From the human T2T-CHM13v2.0 reference genome, Homo sapiens, in NCBI RefSeq assembly GCF_009914755.1, contig NC_060934.1: a DNA stretch of 64,000 nucleotides; one strand, 5' to 3'. A program made the translations under genes and the position numbers. A model generated the notes under the pieces. The model did not search any database. It worked only from the letters and a program-made list of their open reading frames with translations, and was not told where the DNA came from. How positions within the stretch are numbered: position 1 is the first letter of the stretch; the number at the start of each line of letters is the position of its first letter. Positions 55,111 through 64,000 of this stretch are shown here, piece by piece.

Positions 55111-56002
55111 CACCTGCATTCTCTCCTGCTTATCACAACTTGAAGTTGAATGCAGTGAGGATCACTGGCCAACTCTTTGGTATACGTCCATTTAAATGAC
55201 CTCTCAAGATTGTAGGTAACACTAGCCAATCCCCAAATTTCCCAGGAATTTTTTGTGACTTACTGATGAGACCACCTGGGGGCTGGGGTGAGGTAGCGTG
55301 ATCTCGGTGGGGTATGGGCACGGTGTAGAAGTGAATCTCATAGATTTGATGCTTATTCACACGACTGAGTCCTCTGTGCCATAAAGTGGCTCTACCCTAT
55401 AGGATGAGAAACCAAAACCACCAGTCACATAAAACTATGTTGGTCTCACTATTGAGGTAGATCAGGAAACCAAGCATGGTCAATTTTGTTGTGCTGGTGG
55501 TCGGAAGTGATTTTTTTTCCCTGAATCTATTTTCGGAAACAAAATCGAAATACATGTAGAGCTATCTGAACTTTCAAAAGCCTGAGTTATGCCAGGATTT
55601 CTAACACTGTGCTCAGTACATGGTTGGAGAACCCAGGAACTTGCAGATGGGTGGCCAGCTCTTATTCCGCATTTGATCAGAGCTCAGATGTGACCTGCAG
55701 CTCCGAATCCCACTTGGAAATAGGAATCTGGTCTGGATGGGTCACGTCCGTGAACACACTGTATGTTGGCAGTTTCGCATTCCCTGTTTTGTAGCTCTCA
55801 TGATGAAGCACGTTCTATGAATCTTCAGACATTCCTTACCAAGTCCAAAGAATCAAAGCCTTTATTTACATCTCAGATAACTAATTAGATCTAAAGTACA
55901 GTGATATGCTCATATCTTAGTTGTGTAAAAATAAATAAATAAATAAAGTGTGGTAAATGATTACAATGGAATGGGAAACAAGTAAGGAAAAAATAGTCCA
56001 AA

Positions 56003-56307
56003 GGCTGGATGCGATGGCTCATGCCTGTAATCTCAGCACTTTGGGAGGCCTAGGTGGGTGGATTACTGGATTACGTGAGGTCAGGAATTCGAGACAGACC
56101 TGGCCAACATGGTGAAACCCCATCTCTAGTAAAAATGCAAAGAATTAGCTGGACGTGGTGGCGCGCACATACAATCCCAGCTACTCAGGAGGCTGAGGTA
56201 TGAGAATTGCTTGAACTTGGGAGGCAGAGGTTACAGTCAGTGAGCCAAGATTGTGCCACTGCACTCCAGCCTGGGTGACAGAGCAAAATGCCATCTTAAA
56301 AAAAAAA
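56003..56307 (+). mobile_element. AluS
   Basis: Full dimer with small TGGATTAC duplication; A tail; degenerate TSD. Confidence 0.93.
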
Positions 56308-56544
56308 GTTCAAAATACCAAAGGCAAGTCATTTGACCTAGAGATGGCTTTAGAATACATCTCCAATGTAATTTGTTGGCACATTCATTTGTACAGGATC
56401 TCTTTTTTTATGTACCTTAAAAGAACTACCTCTGTAAAGGTCAATTTGCAGAGAGTGAAACGTTGATAAGAGAAATCTTTAACTTCCTTGTTACTTTCTG
56501 GCTTTATAAGTTGCTGTTGAATCAGAGTGAAATGAGTGTTTCCC

Positions 56545-57756
56545 TGGCTGGCCACATGGAGAAGACAGAAACTGGATCCCTATTTCTCAAAATAGACAAA
56601 AAGCAACTCAAGATGGATTAAAGGCTTAAATCAAAGATCTGAAACCATAAAACCTAAGAGGAAAACCTAAGAAAAACTATTCAAGACATTGGCCTAGGCA
56701 AAGAATTTATGACAAAGACCACAAAAGCAAATGCAACAAAACCCAAAATAAATAAATGGGACCAATTAAACTAAAAAGCTTCTGCACAGCAAAATAAATA
56801 ATCAGCAGAGTAAACAGACAACCCACAGAATAGGAGAAAATATTTGCAAACTATTCATTCAACAAAAAACTTGTATCCAGCGTCTACAAGTAACTCAAAC
56901 AAATCAACAAAAAGAAAACAAATAATTTTGTCAAAAAGTGGGCAGAGGACATGAATAGACATTTCTCAAAAGCAGTTATGCAAACAGCTAACAAACATAT
57001 GAAAAAAAATGCTCAACATTACTAATCATCAGGGAAATGCAAATTAAAACCAAAATGAGATACCACCTTACCCCAATGAGAATGGCCATAATTAAAAAGA
57101 CAAAAAACAATAGATGTTGGCGCAGATGTGGTGAAAAGGGAACACGTATACACTTCTGGTGGGAATGTAAGTTAGCACAACCCCCATGAAAAATAGTATG
57201 GAGATTCCTTAAAGAGCTAAAAGTAGATCTACCATTTCATCCAGCAATCTACTGCTGGGTGTCTACCCAAAGGAAATCCTTATGTCAAAAAGAGAACTGC
57301 ACATGTATGTTTATCACAGCAAAATTCACCATTGCAAAGGCGTGGAACCAACCTAAGTGCCCATCAACCAATGGGTGGATAAGGAAATGTGATATATGTA
57401 CATGATGGAATACCACTCAGCCATAGAAAGAAATAATGTGTTTTGCAGCAACTTGGGTGGAACTGGAAGCCGTTATTCCAAGTGAAGTAACTCAGTAATG
57501 GAAAACCACACATCGTATGTTCTCACTTTTAAGTAGAAGCTGAGCCATGGGTATGCAAGGGCTTCTGAGTGGTATAATGGACACTGGAGACTCAGAAGTG
57601 GGGAAGGTGGCTGGGGGTGAGGGATAAAAAACTACAAAATGGGCACAATTGACACTGTTCGCGTAATGGGTGCACTAAAATCCCAGACTTCATTATACGG
57701 TTCATCCACGTAACCAAAAACCACTTCCACATCTAAAGCGATTGGAATAGAGAAAA
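56545..57756 (+). mobile_element. L1PB2/3-like 3' ~1.2 kb
   Basis: AAACTGGATCCCT, CTAAAAAGCTTCTGCACAGC, GAGTGGTATAATGGACACTGGAGACTCAGAAG, AATCCCAGACTTC. Confidence 0.9.
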
Positions 57757-60518
57757 GAAATAAGGGCTTCCTTTTTAAAGGAGAGAAAGGTGGATTCTGT
57801 GCATGGCTGTGCCTCGGTTTCGTCCTGCATGCACACTAGCAGCAGTGGCTGGCCTCAGGAGAACATGGATGGTGACTCATCACATGGAGTGACTTACGGT
57901 CCGGGAAGAGTACATCTGCAACTGAGATGGTGAGTCATAAACAACGGAGAGCCAGTGAAGCTCTGCGAGAGAGGAAAGCCAGGGAAACCTGTGGGAGCAG
58001 AGAGCCAGGGTGGACAGATGAGTTCCCAGAAGGGTAGAGCTGGGGGTCATCTGACTTATCTTCCTCAGAAGGGTGATACTTTTTTAAATCTGTCCCATGG
58101 AAAATTGTACGAGTATGAGTGGAAAGCTGCAAGGTGACCGGATAGCACAGGGCTCAGGGAGCCACAGCCCAGCTTCAACCAAGAATGCATGATTCTTGTA
58201 TGTGGCGAGGGCTTCCCCCACCCTCCGCAGCACCCTGGTTCCTTCACTTCATCTAGTGAGAAACAAGAGCAGCCCTGTTGCAAGGAATGTGCCTGGGGGC
58301 CCATCAGTGCTCTGGGCTGCCTGACATGAGGCCCTTGGGTCTCTGTGCCTCAGTGTCCTCGAGTTCCAGTTGAGATGGGTGCCCATGGCTATGGATTGTT
58401 GATATCCTTCTGGCTCTGAAATTTGGATAGTTTCTTCTCCAAAGAACTAAGTGTTACTGGAGGCTCTTGAAAGAAATCTGCAGCGGCCTGGGATGTTACA
58501 CATCCAGCCCCAGATTACCCCAAGGATGGGCTTGAACCTCACCCCATATCCAGCGTGAAATGACCTGCAGGCGTGTCTCGGGGTCTGGATATCAAGGCAT
58601 CCAGTGACTATGGAGCAGGAACGAGGCCTTCAAGTCCTGATGGCGAATGGCCACTTCTGCACATCCCCTAAAAACCTTATCTTCTAAAGACCTTCAACAC
58701 ATTAAAAATTCTGTGAACTTTACTATTTCTAAAAATATCCTACCAGCTCCACCACTAAATATAACGTCTCTTCCAACGATGAGTCAAATGCATTTTGCAT
58801 CAATGGCTCTGCATACTTGAGAAACGGAGTTGTTTGTGGTGAAGATATTTTTCCATGGTGCTGCTCCAACAGAGGTCATTTCTAAGAAATTTCTAATTTC
58901 CCTGGAGAAAAATGAATGCTTCAAAGTCAAAGAAGAAGGATTTTTTACTCCAGAGCAACTTCTAAATCTTTTTCAAAACTGGCTTTTTGCTTTTGAGATC
59001 AAACTTTGCTCTGTCCAGTTTCAAATATCTTCCTTTTTTTCTGTCTCTACTCCAGCTTTTTTAACTGATGCAAACTTTGAGTATCAGGGTAAACCACTAA
59101 CCTCATACTTATCCTTTTAAAACACTTCTTAGTCCTGTTATTTCCATTTCTTCATATCCAACCAATGACAGTATATGTTTTCTCAAAATAAGTCTGTCCT
59201 CAAACCCACAAACACATACCTAAATTTATTATCATTATTACTGATTTCCTACTTGCACTGCTAAATGTTTCTTGGTGCCTGTGAGGGCTGTGGTGCAGAC
59301 GCTCCCCTCCCTGGGAGGACAGTAGCCTGTTAAATGTTAGATGTGAGACTTCTCTCATCTGTATCCAGTATGTCAGGATGAAATAACTTTGGGGTTACAA
59401 TATTTGGGGAATCTAAAGATAGTTATTACTGCTGTTTAGATCAAAATTTGAAATGCCATGGAAAGTACTAATGAGTCCTAGTACAAGGAGAAATGAAATA
59501 AAGTTATTTAATTTTCAAATGATTATTTAATAATTTAGTTCCCAGCTGGTCGACTAACCAGGACCAATGGGACCTCAAACCCATTTTACAGGCAGCTGGG
59601 GGCATTAATTATAAATGAAAAAAAAAGAAAAAAAATGAGTGTATGAGTGTATTACCCTTTCTCCCACCATTTTTGCAATAAGATAGTGTCTAGAAGGGGG
59701 CTACAAGTGAATGCAACATAAACTAAAGTGACTTTTCCTTTAAAAACTCAGTGGTTCTTCCAGGGCTGTTGGTTTATTCCTCTCTCACCATGATTTTAAT
59801 GCTAACTTCATCCTCCATTCCATACACCCCAAGTTAACTAAAGGGAAAAACGGTCCACAAAACAAACAGATTCTAGGAAAATCTGTGTGACAGCATCTGT
59901 GCGTGTGAGCAGCCCTGGGGTGTGTCCACTCCTCTGGGATCCCATATGGTTTTCCCTTTTAGAATTGTTGAGATAAGGATCTGGCTTTACTGGGGTTTCG
60001 TGTTCCCGTCTTTAGAAAGAAGTCAGATCCTACTCTTTCCAATATTCTGTGCTCTTTTGAGTCCAAGTGCAATCACACATTTAAAGCTGTTTTTCTTTCG
60101 CTTCTCCACTTGAAAATATGTGTCCCTGAATCACTCTGTGGTCTTTTTCTTTCTTGTTCCTTAGGTGTGCTGACTTTCTGAATTTGCAAGTGTATCATCA
60201 GGACAGGCAGAAACATGTATGTTTTCCTTAATTTATTTTTATTCTTAATTTTTGCATACAACATTTCTTTTCTTCTGACTACAAATGATTTCTTCACTAC
60301 ATCTTGTGACCTGGCTGGTATATGGGATTAGGATATTCTATTTATAGGCAGCTGAAGCGAAAGATTGGGATGATGACATGGGTGGGGTGGAGATTTCTCC
60401 AGAAAGAGAGCCAGATTTAGGCAGAACATTTAGGCAGAACACAAGCCGTGAATGCCAGTGACTGGCATCACTGATCATTTATACAATGGTTATAGAACTC
60501 AAGTGACAGAAGTCTTAG

Positions 60519-60821
<303 letters not shown>

Positions 60822-62490
60822 GATAGTGACAATTTCTAAGCAGTGCCCTAGGACAAATGATCATATCACACTTTATCATTGTGATAAAATTCTATCCTCA
60901 TGCTGATGAGACTGTTGGGGACATTCCCTCCCGGGTAACTCCCAGGTGAGCTCAGAGGCTGTAGCAGCGTCCAGTGGGAGTGGGCCAGCTTCCTTCCACA
61001 CATCAGGGCCTCTGTCTCCTTCTTCTAAGGCAGAGAGGAACTTTCCACGGGGTATTGATCATGGTGATGTCAGTGGCTTCTTGGACCCACTCAGGGTCAA
61101 ACCACCCACAGCATTGGAGCTGACAAGAGTCCTGGAATCACAGAGAATTGTTCAATGAGCATAAATCACTAAGTGATCTCATTGGACAAGGGAGGTCTCA
61201 TTTCTTTCTTAGACAAATATCCCTTCTGTACTGCAATGCACGTGGCTGTGAGATCAGTTTCCTCATAAAAAAAAATAATAAAACAAATGGAATAAGAACA
61301 GAATAGCAGAAAGGTCCCGGAGCCCAGAGGAAAAGGATAAGATAGAACTTATGGGAATTCCTTGCTTGACTGGCTGGTCTTTGCTGCATTTTCCTTCTGA
61401 AACATTGTATGGTCTCTTAGAGGTTTTCTAACTTGCTTCTCCTGCAGATTCCAAGATTAACAGCAGGAAGCTCTATTTTAAAAATAACCAACTGTTACAG
61501 TGAAAGTGATTAAAAACACCATCATCACAAACGAGCTCTTCCCAGATCTAGGTCCAAGTTATTCCTGAAGTTAATATAGACCTGTATTCATTCTCTGGCC
61601 CCAGGAGAGCAGGAGGCAGAGCTTAGAGTGCCTGGGGAGTCCTCCTCCCTCCTCCTCTTCCTCTGACTGGCCTTGCTCTCTCAGCCTCTCACCTAAAGCC
61701 CTGACCCACAGGACAGCACCTGCTGACTCTCTCTTTCGTGTTCTCCCCGGTTAGGCTGGCATCCCCTTGGTCAGACAAGAAAATCTCAGCAGAGGCCCGA
61801 AGAATGAGTTCAAATGCTGGTGAATTCAAAACGCAGAGAGCCCAGCAGACGCCATCACTATGGATCTTGTATTTGAATCCGATGTAGCTGGATTCCCGGG
61901 GCCACGTAAATTAGGCGTGGAGCCTGTGTTAGAGAGTGAGGGTTTCCTTAGCGTCGTTGGCATCATTCATGTATAGCCAAGGTTCCACTTCTTAGCTTCT
62001 CCTTCAAGAAAGCCAACGAAGCAGGCATTTGGGAAAGTCAGCACTCGTTCAAGAGTTCGTTGGCTTTCAGTTGTGATGATGTTTTAAGGTCATATTTTTC
62101 CAAGTAGGATTGTTTGAGAATGAGGGCTCTGGTTTCATTCAGAGATAATGGCAATAGGCTTCTCTCACTTCAAACACCTGACTTGCCACACACTTGTTTG
62201 ACTGCTGCCCTTATCCAGAGAATTCTCATCAAGATGGGCATGTGGGCCGGGATGCTGCTGTACCCCAGGATTCACACTGGCCTCGCGGCCGTGCAGAAAA
62301 GCAAGACAGTGGATCTGAGCTCCATCCCCGCAGTCTGCACTGGCCCCTTCATGGCACAGCGACAGCTTTGCCATCAGCCGGCAAGCATGCGGGGTGTGGA
62401 CGACACAGCCGGAGAGAGCAGAGGCCAGGCTCATGAATCGGACAACGAGCTCGAGTTTTCAAGGTGTGACTCAAAGATCCATCAACACTT

Positions 62491-62765
62491 CCTTAGTCAT
62501 CTGCTATTAGGTATTAGTGATATAGTCCATTGGATTCAGCCTTAGTCATCTGCTATTATCTGCTATTATGTATTAGTGATATAGTCCATTGGATTCAGCC
62601 TTAGTCATCTGCTATTATCTGCTATTATGTATTAGTGATATAGTCCATTGGATTCAGCCTTAGTCATCTGCTATTATCTGCTATTAGGTGTTAGTGATAC
62701 AGTCCATTGGATTCAGCTTTAGTCACCTGCTATTAGGTATTAGTGATATAGTCCATTGGATTGAG
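62491..62765. repeat. Minisatellite with 49-59-59-59-49 bp units
   Basis: CCTTAGTCATCTGCTATT[ATCTGCTATT]A(G/T)GTATTAGTGATATAGTCCATTGGATTCAG. Confidence 0.96.
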
Positions 62766-62919
62766 TTAATGCTCAGACTCTGTGAAAATAGTCAAATTCT
62801 TTTACTTTCTCAACTAGATTTGATGCATTTTTCGAATATTTACGTGTCGTGTTAACATGACCCTAATTCAATTAGCTTGCCAGTAAATTTTACTGCTTGG
62901 GGATGAGATCTACAAAGGC

Positions 62920-63290
62920 ATTACACAGGGACATGAAGCTCCCTGCTGCCAAAACGTTGGCGCTCTTCAGCGGTTAAAACGTTCTTCCTTCTGCTGAGTG
63001 ATGATCCGCTTCCATGGAGTTTCCATCGCTGGCTCCTAGAGCTTTCCTTTGGTGATTGAAAGCATCAGTCTGCCTCCTCTCCTGTCTGGCATCCCTTCAA
63101 ATATTTGAAAAGGGTGACTAAGTTCCCTCTAAGCCTGTTCATTCTCATCCGGGTCATCCTCCTGCCCTCTCTTGTTAGTTGTACAGAGAAGTTTCTAGAC
63201 CCTTCACCGCTGTGGCTAATTCCCGAGAAGAGGAGGTGGGCTACTCCGGTCTTGAGAGTTATGACTGGACACCTGAGATGCACAGGATAT
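62920..63290 (-). mobile_element. L3/CR1 LINE remnant (ORF2 C-terminus)
   Basis: Minus-strand translation RLRGNLVTLFKYLKGC and, in another frame, VKGLET resemble the CR1 ORF2 C-terminal motifs RRLRGDLI..FKYLKG and MVKGLE. Confidence 0.75.
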
Positions 63291-63676
63291 AAGGCTTCAT
63301 GCAACTGGAAAGAAATTTCTGCACATAACAAGTTTATACTCGTCCATGTACAAGGCCCCGAGTCAAACACAGTCATCTGAAATTGTCAAGTGGGAGAAAA
63401 CAGCTACAGATTTCTATTTTTTCTCATGCCTAGTCACAGCATTGAGTCTTGTTTGAGGCAACATCACTCTTATCGTTTTTAAAAAATATCTTACTACAGC
63501 CCTCTCCCTGTTGCTTGAACTCATACAGAAGAGAAGGCAGTTGTCCCTCCTGCTGTATAAATTATAACTGCCGTCTCTCCTTTCTTTCCACACATTGCTG
63601 CACCCAGAGTGCTGCCACCAACACTTAACTGTATCTTTATAGTCAAGGAGGAATCTGCCTTCCAGAGACAGAAATA

Positions 63677-63960
63677 GTGTGTGCACATGTGTGTGAATGT
63701 GTATCCATGCACATGTGTGCACATCTGTATGTATGTGCACGTGTATACACTCAAGTTGTGCATGTATGCTGTACATGTGTATTCAGGGATGTGTGTGCAT
63801 GTGTGTGCATGCATGTGTGTGCATGGTATGTGGGCATCTCTTCGCATGTGCACCTATGTGTGCATTTATGTTGTGCATGCATGTTATGCATGCGTGTGCA
63901 TGGATGTCAGTGCATATGTGCATACATGCATGTGCGTGTGTGTGGATTTGGATGTACGCA
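63677..63960. repeat. Degenerate (TG/CA)n alternating purine-pyrimidine tract
   Basis: GTGTGCAT/ACATGT units. Confidence 0.9.
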
Positions 63961-64000
63961 ACTTATGCATTTTTTCTAAGGCTATTTATTTTTTCATTTG

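Overview
Primate (human-like) non-coding genomic DNA, rich in interspersed repeats. I find no protein-coding exon, RNA gene or CpG island, and I cannot name the locus from sequence alone. The listed ORFs are repeat translations (Alu, L1, LTR, microsatellite) or short ORFs with no recognisable homology. Content: 15 Alus, 5 L1 remnants (one 5'-inverted), three THE1 LTRs, a two-LTR MLT1D MaLR provirus carrying nested L1PB and ERV1-LTR insertions, other solo LTRs, MER2, MER5A, many MIR/L2 fragments and an L3/CR1 remnant. All L1 3' ends and most LTRs lie on +, which suggests an intron of a large minus-strand gene (inference). The most interesting signal is a series of local copy events. Two are microhomology-flanked templated insertions with ~10-bp target duplications: a 92-bp inverted copy at 2647-2738 and a ~117-bp copy of sequence 7.6 kb away inserted into a THE1 LTR terminus at 45926-46042. 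There is also an older ~260-bp dispersed duplication, two internally structured VNTRs and several short tandem duplications. I found no evidence for a new multi-gene biological system. Repeat subfamily calls come from remembered consensus sequences and need RepeatMasker/Dfam confirmation; boundaries of old repeats are approximate.
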